Below are positions 17,994 through 27,734 of a DNA stretch of 64,000 nt, one piece after another. The position numbers were made by a program, and so were the translations under genes. Position 1 is the stretch's first letter; every line of letters starts with the position of its first letter. The DNA is from Cyclobacteriaceae bacterium (GTDB taxonomy: Bacteria; Bacteroidota; Bacteroidia; Cytophagales; Cyclobacteriaceae), in the NCBI GenBank assembly GCA_041750735.1, contig JBGSYX010000088.1, positions 1,346-65,345 of the forward strand, read 5' to 3'. Below the pieces are notes generated by a model that worked only from the letters and a program-made list of their open reading frames with translations, had not been told where the DNA came from and made no database searches.

Positions 17994-20621
17994 TTGATGG
18001 TCAATGTTCCCCTGGTGAAATCACTGATTCTTCATATACTGATATCGCTCTCCTTTGCTGGCATAATGCTCATCATGGGGTGTGGTACAAGCAAAAAGAA
18101 TTTTTTCAGCAAGACCTGGCACAACACCACCGCACATTACAATTCATACTATATAGCCAACGAAGACATAGCGGTCGTAGAAACGACCATAGCCCAGAGC
18201 CACAAAAACAATTACAGCAAGATTCTGGGCGTATTTTACGACATTGACAGCGCCACCATCGATGGAGTTCGCGATAAACTGGATGATGCCATTAAAAAAG
18301 CGTCGCTTCCTATTCAAAATCATGATAACAGCGATTGGGTTTTTCCCAGTTACTATCTTATAGGTAAGGCCCGATACTATGGTGGTGATTTTGTAAATGC
18401 CATCGAAACGTTCAAATACATCAACAAAAATGGTGAAGAAGATGATATTCGGCAAAAAGCTCTCGTGGCCCTGATGCGGGCATTTATCGATTACAACGAA
18501 CACGCTAATGCAGTGGCAGTGGCTGATTACCTTCGAAAAGAACGACTTACCAAGGAAAATCAACTATCCTTTCTGATGACCAAGGCTTACCTTTTTCAAG
18601 TGCGAGGCGACTACGACAACATGGTGCGTAATTTGAGTGAAGCGGTAGAACTCCAACCAGAAAAAAAGGATCGAGCCCGGCTCTACTTTATCCTTGGTCA
18701 GGTGTATCGAAAACTGGGTTTCGATGGTGAAGCATACAACAATTTCCGTAAGTGCCTGAAGAGTAATCCCGAGTACGAACTGTCATTTTATGCAAAACTG
18801 AATCTGGCCCAAGTGACCAAACTCGATCAGAAAGTCGATCTGAAGCAGATCCGCGGATATTTTAAAAAACTGCTCAAGGACGACAAGAATGCCGAATTCG
18901 TAGATCGGATCTACTACGAAATGGCAAACTTCGAATTAAAACACCAGAATACTGATGATGCAGTTACTTATCTGAAAGCTTCATTGGCAACCGGCATCCA
19001 AAATCCTCGACAAAAAGGTCTCTCCTACTTGAAACTTGGAGAAATGAATTATGAGCTTTTCAAAAACTACCATCTTGCTCAGGCCTACTACGACAGTGCT
19101 GTGAATGCGCTTCCGCAGGAAGAGGAAAATTTCGCCGCCATAAAGGAACGCTCTGAGATTTTAACTGATTTTGTGACTCAGCTTACCACAATTCACGATC
19201 AGGACAGTTTGCTGGCCATGTCGGAAATGAATAAAACCGACGTGCAGGCCATGATCGAAAAGTACATCGCCGATCAGGATAAACTCCAGAAAGAAAAAGA
19301 TAAGGAAGCCAGGCGAATTGCGCGAGAAAATACCGCATCTTCAGGAAATGGCATCCCTGGCCGCGACTTTGCCAACCCCTTCGGAATCGATGAAAACACA
19401 TCCAACGAGGGTGAGTCCTGGTATTTTTATAACCTTTCTGCTGTTGCCACAGGCCGAACTTTGTTTATTACAAATTGGGGAAAGCGGCCTCTGGAAGACC
19501 ATTGGCGACGATCGCAGAAGCGCTCCATCGCTACCTTCACTGAGCAGGAAGTGGTTAGCGCAGAACCTGTCGCGGTGGAAGAGGGGGTGGAAATGGAAGC
19601 GGTAGAGCCGGATGAAAAAATTGCCGCATTAGTGGCCACGATCCCATATACACCGGAGGCAAAAGCCGAGGCATATAAAAAACTGGAGGAGGCATTCTTT
19701 AAGCTTGGGAATATTTACCGTTTCCAACTGGACGAAAAGCAAAATGCCATTAATACCTATGAACAATTCCTTGCCAGGTTCCCGGATTCGGAGCAAGAGC
19801 CCGAGGTGCTCTATATGATGTACCTGATATTTAAAACAGACGATATCGCAAAATCGGAAGGGTATAAGGATCGGCTCATAAGTAAGTACCCAACCACGAT
19901 CTTTGCCAAGCTGGCTGAAAATCCAAACTACCGCGAAGAAAACAACGAGACGGCCATGAGGCTTCAGCGACTTTACAAGATCGCCTATGAATACTATTCT
20001 AAGGAAGATTTCAATCAGGCCAGGCTTCTGGTAAGCCGTGCATTGGAACAGTACCCGGACAATGAATTTATTGATCAACTTAAAATACTTCAGATTCTCA
20101 TCGACGGGAAGCTGGAGGGACAGGATAAATACCAGTATGAGTTGCAGCAGTTTATCGATAACAATCCGGACAGCAAGTTCAGGGATTACGCTACTACGCT
20201 ACTCACGGCATCCAAAGACTTCAGCAATAAGGAGCTGCAGCGCAAAGGAGCTCAATACATGACATACTTCGACCAACCCCACTTTTTCATATTGATGTAT
20301 CCTAATGTTGGTGGGTTTTCTGAAATAATCCCGGGCCTCGTCGATCAGTATATTGATGGTAAGTATGCCTCACTCAACCTGAAAACCGGCAACCTTATTC
20401 TAAATGAAGGTTTCTCCATGGTGTTGGTAAACAGGTTCGGATCAAAGGCCGAGTCAATGGATTTTTTCAAGGATTTTTCAAAAAATGGCCCCACCTTGCC
20501 GGAGTTAGAGAATATGACATACGAGCGATTTGTTATCACAGAAGACAACTTTCAGATTTTTTACCAAACAAAAAAGATCGAAGATTATAAAAAGTTTTTT
20601 GAAGATTATTACAGACCATAG
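17994..20621 (+). CDS. porW: Large TPR-repeat lipoprotein, PorW/SprE-like (type IX secretion / gliding)
   Basis: The 875-aa product has a lipoprotein signal (..IMLIMGC-GTSKKNFFSK) followed by WHNTTAHYNSYY. This resembles the SprE/PorW N-terminal pattern as I recall it. There are multiple TPR-like helical repeats, and the size matches SprE (about 870 aa). Confidence 0.55.
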   Translation: MMVNVPLVKSLILHILISLSFAGIMLIMGCGTSKKNFFSKTWHNTTAHYNSYYIANEDIAVVETTIAQSHKNNYSKILGVFYDIDSATIDGVRDKLDDAIKKASLPIQNHDNSDWVFPSYYLIGKARYYGGDFVNAIETFKYINKNGEEDDIRQKALVALMRAFIDYNEHANAVAVADYLRKERLTKENQLSFLMTKAYLFQVRGDYDNMVRNLSEAVELQPEKKDRARLYFILGQVYRKLGFDGEAYNNFRKCLKSNPEYELSFYAKLNLAQVTKLDQKVDLKQIRGYFKKLLKDDKNAEFVDRIYYEMANFELKHQNTDDAVTYLKASLATGIQNPRQKGLSYLKLGEMNYELFKNYHLAQAYYDSAVNALPQEEENFAAIKERSEILTDFVTQLTTIHDQDSLLAMSEMNKTDVQAMIEKYIADQDKLQKEKDKEARRIARENTASSGNGIPGRDFANPFGIDENTSNEGESWYFYNLSAVATGRTLFITNWGKRPLEDHWRRSQKRSIATFTEQEVVSAEPVAVEEGVEMEAVEPDEKIAALVATIPYTPEAKAEAYKKLEEAFFKLGNIYRFQLDEKQNAINTYEQFLARFPDSEQEPEVLYMMYLIFKTDDIAKSEGYKDRLISKYPTTIFAKLAENPNYREENNETAMRLQRLYKIAYEYYSKEDFNQARLLVSRALEQYPDNEFIDQLKILQILIDGKLEGQDKYQYELQQFIDNNPDSKFRDYATTLLTASKDFSNKELQRKGAQYMTYFDQPHFFILMYPNVGGFSEIIPGLVDQYIDGKYASLNLKTGNLILNEGFSMVLVNRFGSKAESMDFFKDFSKNGPTLPELENMTYERFVITEDNFQIFYQTKKIEDYKKFFEDYYRP

Positions 20622-20623
20622 TT

Positions 20624-22927
20624 ATGAGCCGCCAACTTTCAGAAAATACATATTATAAAATCATCAAGGGATTATGGATAACGTTCATCGCTGGCGTCGT
20701 GTTAGCGTTGCTCCTCGTGTTTTCCGTGAGGATTAATCTGTTTAATCTTTTCGGCGATCTGCCAAGCTATAAATCCATTGAAAACCCGGAAGCTGAAAAC
20801 GACCTCGCTTCTATACTATTATCGGCTGATGGTGTGGAATTAGGTAAATACTACAGATACAACAGAAATCAGGTGACGTATGATGAGCTTTCTCCGCAAT
20901 TAGTTCAGGCATTGCTTAGCACGGAAGACATCCGATTTCACACACATTCAGGCATAGACCCAAAAGGACTTTTGCGGGCCATTGTCGGTAAGCTCACGTT
21001 CTCCAAACGCGGCGGAGGAAGTACCATCACCATGCAATTATCAGAAAATATCTACCGAACCATGGACGAAAATCAAGGATTGTTATACAAGATCGAACCT
21101 TTGGGAGATTATATTACTAAAATCAAGGAATGGATTATTTCCATACAACTTGAGAAATCCTTCACCAAAGAAGAGATCATGGCGATGTATTTCAATACCA
21201 TTACCTTCGGGCACAATACCTACGGCATTAGTACTGCCGCGGCAACCTTTTTTAATACGACTCCGGATAGCCTCTCATATACTCAGGCTGCTATGCTTAT
21301 CGGCATGTTGAATGCTCCCACAAAATACAGCCCGATCATAAACCCGGACAACGCGATGCGAAAGCGCACGGAGGTACTTTACAACCTTTACAAGTACGAC
21401 TTCATTACGAGGCCGATTTACGACTCACTCAATGCCACGCCGTTGGGTATAGAATACAAAGCGCAGGATCATATAAGCGGACCGGCGCCTTACTTCCGCG
21501 AATACATCAAGCCCCAGCTTATATCATGGGCCAAACAAAACAATCTTGACCTCTATGAATCTGGCTTGCGTATTTACACAACAATCGACAGCAGGATGCA
21601 GGAATACGCCGAACAAGCCATAACAAAACACATGTCCACGCTGCAGAATCTTTTCTACGCACACTGGAAGGGTGAGAATCCATGGCGCGATGAATCGGGC
21701 GCAGAAATAAAGGACTTCGTTGAGAACGCCATGAGAAAAACAGATCATTATCGTCAGTTGGTCGCCCAATATGGTCGTGGACATGACTCGATCGACATCG
21801 TTCTTAAAACCCCCTATCCTATGACGGTTTTTTCATGGAAAGGCGAAATCGACACCGTCCTGAGCCCGATCGATTCACTTAAATACTATAAAAAATTCCT
21901 GCAGTCTGGCTTCTTATCTGTCGATCCAAAAACAGGCGACGTGAAAGCGTGGGTCGGTGGCATCAATTACAAATATTTTAAATATGATCACGTGAAACAG
22001 GGTACACGCCAGCCAGGATCTACCTTCAAACCATTTGTTTATACAGCGGCCATTGATCAGGGATATTCACCATGCTTTCTGGTAGAGGATGCGCCGACAA
22101 CGTTTAATATTCCGGGTGGCGTCCCACCTACCTATACGCCTCAGAACTTTGAGCGCGAATTCACACATGAAAAAATGACGCTTCGCCAGGGCCTGGCCCG
22201 CTCTGTCAATTCAGTGACCGCCTTTGTGATGAAGGACCTCACAAATCCCCAATCTGTTGTCGATTACGCTAAGGAAATGGGTGTAGAGAGTCCATTGGAT
22301 CCGGTACCATCCCTATGCCTTGGCACCAGCGATGTCTCCATTTATGAACTTGTCGGAGCTTATTCGACTTTTGTGAATAAAGGGGTCTACATTAAGCCAC
22401 ATTACATCGTACGCATCGAAGACAAGCACGGTAATCTTATCCAGGATTTTCCACCCATTACCAGGGAAGTATTGAGCGAGGAAACTGCCTTCCTCATGAC
22501 GTATATGCTTATGGGCGCCACTCAGGAAAAAGGAGGCACCGCACTGGGACTCAGTCCGGAAGTTCGGCGGGATAACGAAATCGGCGCCAAAACCGGTACA
22601 ACACAAAACTATTCGGATGGGTGGTTTATTGGCATTACTAAAGATCTGGTGAGTGGAGTTTGGGCGGGTGGTGATGACCGTAGTATCCATTTTCGCAATT
22701 CAATGGGTCAGGGCGCCCGTATGGCCATGAATCCATGGGATTTCTATATGCAGAGCATCTACGCCGACTCTGTACTTGGCTATGAGAGGGGGCCATTCCC
22801 GCGACCAATCAGACCCCTTAGTGTGCAGATCGATTGTGATGCGTACCTGAACCCAGGCCGCTACGATCTCGATAGCCTAGAAATAGAAGAGCCTGTAGAA
22901 ATGCTTGATCAGGGTGATATCCAATAA
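20624..22927 (+). CDS. mrcA: Class A penicillin-binding protein (PBP1A, glycosyltransferase + transpeptidase)
   Basis: The 767-aa product has the GT51 motifs EDIRFHTHSGID and GGSTITMQL, and the transpeptidase motifs STFKP and KTGTT. It starts 2 nt after the porW-like stop. Confidence 0.92.
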   Translation: MSRQLSENTYYKIIKGLWITFIAGVVLALLLVFSVRINLFNLFGDLPSYKSIENPEAENDLASILLSADGVELGKYYRYNRNQVTYDELSPQLVQALLSTEDIRFHTHSGIDPKGLLRAIVGKLTFSKRGGGSTITMQLSENIYRTMDENQGLLYKIEPLGDYITKIKEWIISIQLEKSFTKEEIMAMYFNTITFGHNTYGISTAAATFFNTTPDSLSYTQAAMLIGMLNAPTKYSPIINPDNAMRKRTEVLYNLYKYDFITRPIYDSLNATPLGIEYKAQDHISGPAPYFREYIKPQLISWAKQNNLDLYESGLRIYTTIDSRMQEYAEQAITKHMSTLQNLFYAHWKGENPWRDESGAEIKDFVENAMRKTDHYRQLVAQYGRGHDSIDIVLKTPYPMTVFSWKGEIDTVLSPIDSLKYYKKFLQSGFLSVDPKTGDVKAWVGGINYKYFKYDHVKQGTRQPGSTFKPFVYTAAIDQGYSPCFLVEDAPTTFNIPGGVPPTYTPQNFEREFTHEKMTLRQGLARSVNSVTAFVMKDLTNPQSVVDYAKEMGVESPLDPVPSLCLGTSDVSIYELVGAYSTFVNKGVYIKPHYIVRIEDKHGNLIQDFPPITREVLSEETAFLMTYMLMGATQEKGGTALGLSPEVRRDNEIGAKTGTTQNYSDGWFIGITKDLVSGVWAGGDDRSIHFRNSMGQGARMAMNPWDFYMQSIYADSVLGYERGPFPRPIRPLSVQIDCDAYLNPGRYDLDSLEIEEPVEMLDQGDIQ

Positions 22928-23008
22928 AATGCCAGGACCTTCGCTATCGCCATTTTAAAATGCGAGCAGACAGGTTTCTGATTACTATAGCTCTTTAATA
23001 AGCCACAC

Positions 23009-24802
23009 GTGGAATCACCGGCATATACACCCGAACAAGTAAAATATTTTCCGGATAAGCCGGGTGTCTATCGCTTTTACAATACAACCGATCGCGTGAT
23101 TTATGTCGGAAAGGCTAAAAGTCTTAGAGCACGAGTTTCCTCCTATTTCAATGATTCACCCGGTCAGAATCGCAAGACCCGCAAAATGGTAAGCGAGATC
23201 GCGCGGATCGAGATTACCCTGGTGAACTCCGAGTTCGACGCTCTTCTTCTGGAAAACTCACTAATCAAGGAGTATCAACCGCGCTACAATATCCTGCTGA
23301 AGGATGATAAAAGCTTCCCTTTTATCATGGTGGTAAAGGAACCATTTCCGAGGGTTTTCTATACCAGGAGAGTAAATCGTAAAAAGGGTCGTTTCTTCGG
23401 TCCTTATGCCAGTGTGCGGGCTATGAAAAGCGTACTGGAATTATTACGCAATCTCTACACCATCCGTACCTGCAGCCTTCCTCTTTCTGCAGACAATATC
23501 AAATCCGGCAAATTCAAAGTATGTCTCGAATACCACATCGGCAGGTGCAAGGGGCCCTGCGTTGGCTTGCAAACAGAGGAAGAATACCTCAGCGACATTC
23601 GGCTGGCAGAAGACATTCTCAAAGGCAACCTGGCCCCGGTACGCAATTATTTCAAAGATCGCATGACAATAGCGGCAGAAAAGCTAGAATTTGAGCAGGC
23701 CCAGATCATGAAAGAAAAGCTGGAAATGCTGGAAAAATTCCAGGCACGCACGGTGATAGTAAATCCGGAAATCAATGACGTCGATGTCTTTGCCATCACC
23801 ACCGACCAGAAGTCCGCTTACGTGAATTACATGAAAATCGCCAATGGTTCTATTGTTCTCAGCAATATGATTGAAGTGAAGAAAAAGCTTGAAGAATCGG
23901 ACGATGAACTGCTCGGCCAGATCATGCTGGATATGCGGCGACAAGCGCAAAGTACATCAAGTGAAATTCTCAGTAATATCCCCGTTGATTACGAACCGGG
24001 CGCTGAGGTGCGGGTTCCGAAAATCGGAGATAAGAAGAAGCTCATCGACCTGGCAATGAAAAATGCGTTGTATTTCAAAAAGGAAAAACTCAACGCTGCA
24101 AAGCCAGAAAGATATCGCGAACTTCGGGTGCTGGAGCAATTGCAGTCCGACCTCCATCTGAAAACTCTTCCCGAACACATTGAATGCTTCGACAACTCCA
24201 ACCTCGGCGGCACCAACCCTGTGGCGTCAATGGTATATTTTCATAAAGGAAAACCGGCGAAAAAAGAATACAGGCATTTCAATATCAAAACGGTTACAGG
24301 TCCGAATGACTTTGCTTCGATGGAGGAAATCGTGTATCGCCGATACAAACGCCTCCTCGAAGAACAGTCCACACTACCAGATCTTGTGGTGGTTGATGGT
24401 GGGAAGGGTCAGCTTTCATCAGCAGTGGAGGCCTTGCGGAAACTGGACATTTACGGAAAAGTACCTGTAATAGGCATCGCGAAAAAGCTGGAGGAAATCT
24501 ACTTTCCTAATGATGAATTTCCACTTCATATCAATAAAAAATCCGAGTCGCTGAAATTGCTCCAACACATCCGTAATGAAGCGCACCGCTTCGCGATTAC
24601 ATTTCACCGCGACAAACGGAGCAAAAAAGCCATTGGCTCAGAGCTTACAGGGATTGAAGGAATTGGTCAAAAAACCATGGAAAAATTGCTGAATAAGTTC
24701 AAATCAGTGAAAAAATTGAAGGAAGCCTCAGAAAATGAAATCGCCCCGGTAATCGGTAAATCGAAAGCGAAGGTCGTTGTCGCGGCACTATCACCTAGGT
24801 AG
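23009..24802 (+). CDS. uvrC: Excinuclease ABC subunit C
   Basis: The 597-aa product has a GIY-YIG N-terminus (PGVYRFYN..VIYVGKAKSLRARV), a UVR domain, an RNase H-like region and a C-terminal HhH. It has a GTG start. Confidence 0.95.
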   Translation: MESPAYTPEQVKYFPDKPGVYRFYNTTDRVIYVGKAKSLRARVSSYFNDSPGQNRKTRKMVSEIARIEITLVNSEFDALLLENSLIKEYQPRYNILLKDDKSFPFIMVVKEPFPRVFYTRRVNRKKGRFFGPYASVRAMKSVLELLRNLYTIRTCSLPLSADNIKSGKFKVCLEYHIGRCKGPCVGLQTEEEYLSDIRLAEDILKGNLAPVRNYFKDRMTIAAEKLEFEQAQIMKEKLEMLEKFQARTVIVNPEINDVDVFAITTDQKSAYVNYMKIANGSIVLSNMIEVKKKLEESDDELLGQIMLDMRRQAQSTSSEILSNIPVDYEPGAEVRVPKIGDKKKLIDLAMKNALYFKKEKLNAAKPERYRELRVLEQLQSDLHLKTLPEHIECFDNSNLGGTNPVASMVYFHKGKPAKKEYRHFNIKTVTGPNDFASMEEIVYRRYKRLLEEQSTLPDLVVVDGGKGQLSSAVEALRKLDIYGKVPVIGIAKKLEEIYFPNDEFPLHINKKSESLKLLQHIRNEAHRFAITFHRDKRSKKAIGSELTGIEGIGQKTMEKLLNKFKSVKKLKEASENEIAPVIGKSKAKVVVAALSPR

Positions 24803-24807
24803 CGGCT

Positions 24808-25584
24808 TTAGCGCAGTTTCAGAATATCGCCCAGCTTCCGGCGATTCAAGGTAATTGTTGTCGGTCCCAGCGAATAAGGCGCAATTTCATACGGGTTAAA
24901 TTGCACCAATAATTCACTCTCCGTCAGGCCCATATTATCAGTTAGTCCAAACCCGTCCTCCTCAATGAAATAGCCCATTTCGGCGAGCGACTGCGATTCG
25001 TCCAGGCCTCTATCAATCCTGAAAGCCTGCTCGATGCTCGATTTGAACCGCACCGTATCAGCGACAATGTCGTGCAATCCAAGGGGCTTACCATCAGATC
25101 GCCTTACTATATAATATCGAACAATGGAGTTTGGGTGCGCACCGCCCGTGTAGGCCTCGCTATCGATCCGGAAGGAGAAATAGGTCGAATCGTCCAGGAT
25201 CACTTCAGAACTGATGTCCAGATACCAGCCAAAATTGTATTCCGGATAGTCATTTCTAAAACGCTCGAAATCGCCCACGAACCAATCCGCCAGGCTTACG
25301 ATCGATTCCGGTAAAGTGTCCTGCACATAATCGGCGGCAATATCGGTAATGCTCTTTTGTATAAAATCATTCAAAAACCATGTGGTGGAATCGGTGAATG
25401 AGGGATAGACAATTTTAGCATATGTGCAATTAGCTGAGTCCGGATTGCACTCATCAGAAGTCCGTAGTACTTCCATCATAAGCACCCTGGGTTTGTTATC
25501 GGTTACTTCCTTTACGGCGCCTTTATCCTGGCAAGAAATCATTGTAAAAAGGAGGAGCGTTGAAAAAAGCAATAGATGTTTCAT
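24808..25584 (-). CDS. DUF3298/DUF4163-type lipoprotein (RsiV/PdaC C-terminal-like)
   Basis: The 258-aa product has a lipoprotein signal (LLFTMISC). The segments YTGGAHPN and the C-terminal FNPYEIAPYSLGPTTITL are typical of DUF3298. Confidence 0.65.
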   Translation of the reverse strand: MKHLLLFSTLLLFTMISCQDKGAVKEVTDNKPRVLMMEVLRTSDECNPDSANCTYAKIVYPSFTDSTTWFLNDFIQKSITDIAADYVQDTLPESIVSLADWFVGDFERFRNDYPEYNFGWYLDISSEVILDDSTYFSFRIDSEAYTGGAHPNSIVRYYIVRRSDGKPLGLHDIVADTVRFKSSIEQAFRIDRGLDESQSLAEMGYFIEEDGFGLTDNMGLTESELLVQFNPYEIAPYSLGPTTITLNRRKLGDILKLR

Positions 25585-25941
25585 ATCCGTTGGTAAGCTG
25601 AAAAATGCATTGTAAATCTATGGAATCTCCAGGTAGTAATCGATCCATTTTATTTATTTCACAGGTAAAGTAATGTTAGCTGACAAAACGCCGGAATACC
25701 TACTCACTATCTGCGGTGCGTTTATTAGAGCTCAACGGGTGCAATCTCCACATTGTATCGTGCGCCGCCACCGCTATCATGGTCATGCGGATTTTGCTAA
25801 ATGTCTTGTCTTCATGAGCTGGATTCGAAGCAATCTCACCGCGCTTATTATGAGATATCTCGCTTGCGCTCGATATGACAGGTAGAGGTGATCGGACTGA
25901 GCGATCCAGCTAACGCTGGATATTTCTGTGGTTGACCCGCA

Positions 25942-26877
25942 TCAAATTGTCTCTTTCTTAAACCCCTTCTTCGGGATCACCACCATAATGGCACCAGCCA
26001 GGACCAGCGCGGCTCCGATAAAACCATAGCTGCTGAGATGTTCGCCCTCTATCCAGGAAACATCCATGGCGCTCAGTGACATCATAATGATGAATGTCAG
26101 GATCGGGTTTAGGGTGATGATAACGCTGATTTTATTGGCTTCGAGATATCTGAAAGCTTCAGCCAGACAACCGTAGGCTACCACCGTATTGATACCCAGC
26201 GAAATCAGCAATATCCACATCATAGGACTTAAATGCCCGAAAGATTCCGTGCTGACGTATGGAATCAGAAGTATTAGTGGTAAGCCATAGATGAACATAT
26301 TCAACTCCTGAGGGGCGTGCTTTTCGACCAGCTTCTTCTGGAGTGAAGCATAGACAGCCCATGTGATGGCTGCCATGATGAGCCAGATAACGCCGGCTAT
26401 ATAAACATCCTCACTGCCGATCAATCCGCTAATTTGGTCCCGGTAGAAGAATATCAGCCCTAAAAAAGCCACCACAAATCCAAGAAACTGGCGGAACGAC
26501 AGTCGTTCCTGGAAAAAAATTATTCCAACAGCTGCAAGAATCATTGGGCCCAATTGTATGAAAATCTGGGCATTCCCCGGTGAGGTGTAATCGACTCCGA
26601 TAGCAAAACCTACATAGTTGCCAACGAGTCCTATCGCTGCGACAATGAGCAGAAATGGCGGTCTGATGAATATTTTGAGCTTTTTATGATCCGTTATCAG
26701 GAAATAGGTGAACAAAATAGAAAAGGCCACGGCAAAGCGGAACCACACGACCATCATCGGCGGCACACTGTTTAGCGCCACTTTGATCATAACTGCAAGA
26801 AATCCCCAACAGAGCGCCGTGGTAGCAGCATAGAGAATTCCGTAAATGCGCTTTTCCGGATCGTAATGAACTTTCAC
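25942..26877 (-). CDS. DMT-superfamily (EamA-like) transporter
   Basis: The 311-aa product has about 10 TM helices arranged as two EamA-like halves. Confidence 0.75.
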   Translation of the reverse strand: MKVHYDPEKRIYGILYAATTALCWGFLAVMIKVALNSVPPMMVVWFRFAVAFSILFTYFLITDHKKLKIFIRPPFLLIVAAIGLVGNYVGFAIGVDYTSPGNAQIFIQLGPMILAAVGIIFFQERLSFRQFLGFVVAFLGLIFFYRDQISGLIGSEDVYIAGVIWLIMAAITWAVYASLQKKLVEKHAPQELNMFIYGLPLILLIPYVSTESFGHLSPMMWILLISLGINTVVAYGCLAEAFRYLEANKISVIITLNPILTFIIMMSLSAMDVSWIEGEHLSSYGFIGAALVLAGAIMVVIPKKGFKKETI

Positions 26878-26939
26878 CTTGAAAAATTAAGGAGCAAAGA
26901 TAGGATGTACTATGGATTTATAGTGATTCATTCCTCGTG

Positions 26940-27686
26940 TTAAAAGTCATCGGCATACAAGCCGACAAGCCGCCCTTCCACCAGTTTCAGAATGGCTTCT
27001 GTCTCTGCGGACCGCGGACTCATGAGAAGTTCATTCAGTCGTTTCAGATTGTGCTGAATCATCAGATCGTCCCAAACGGCTATGCGAAGCATTCTCATTT
27101 TTCGCTTCCGCGCAATCAGATCAACGGCTACATCTTTCAGGGCTGTGAGTTTCCATCCGGCAGATCCTGAGAGACCCAAATCGCCGCTTACCTGGCTGTG
27201 GCCAAAATGTTTCTCCGCTTCAGCATTGCTCCACAGCTGGCCAGAAGCTGCCGCCTTCAGGCATTCTGCTTCAAAGTTTCGGCTGTAGATCCGGTATTTA
27301 GCCAGCGGGAAACTCTTTAACTGTTCATAGAAGTCGAGCTTGAGCGTTTTTGCACGGTAGCGGTTGAAGTGGCTGACATCGTCCAGAACCACGTAAAACC
27401 GTCCGAACTCCAGAAAGCCTGCCTGGAATTTAATATCCGGAAAAGTTGCCCTTCCTTCCAAAAGCTTATAAGCCTCCATCAGGTCATTTTCGTAGCGCGT
27501 GCCACTGAGTTCGGCAGTTGCTACACTGGGATCAATCATTTCAGTAGGGATATATTTGGATGCCAGGATTTTCCACAAGTTCGATTCCCTGACACTTCTT
27601 CTTTCGTTCATTGCCACCGGCGTAACGCTTTTTAGATACATTTTTTTAGAATAAGTTTTTTTGAAATGCCCCGCACGAATTTCCAC
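26940..27686 (-). CDS. Hypothetical protein (no family recognised)
   Basis: This is a 248-aa soluble-looking ORF with ordinary coding composition. The start is uncertain (M1, M16 or M27 of the ORF). I recognise no diagnostic motif. Confidence 0.5.
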   Translation of the reverse strand: MEIRAGHFKKTYSKKMYLKSVTPVAMNERRSVRESNLWKILASKYIPTEMIDPSVATAELSGTRYENDLMEAYKLLEGRATFPDIKFQAGFLEFGRFYVVLDDVSHFNRYRAKTLKLDFYEQLKSFPLAKYRIYSRNFEAECLKAAASGQLWSNAEAEKHFGHSQVSGDLGLSGSAGWKLTALKDVAVDLIARKRKMRMLRIAVWDDLMIQHNLKRLNELLMSPRSAETEAILKLVEGRLVGLYADDF

Positions 27687-27734
27687 TCGGCTAAAAACAT
27701 ACAGGGATAGGTAAATTAATTAAGTACGGAAATG

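Noticed and set aside
19629-20078. A 149-aa minus-strand ORF inside the PorW-like gene.
   Set aside because: It is antisense to a continuous 875-aa TPR ORF, and no family signal is present.
25673-25885. A 70-aa plus-strand ORF in the GC-rich spacer.
   Set aside because: It is Cys/His/Arg-rich with no hydrophobic core pattern or motif, so I do not call it a CDS. The region itself is kept as a finding.
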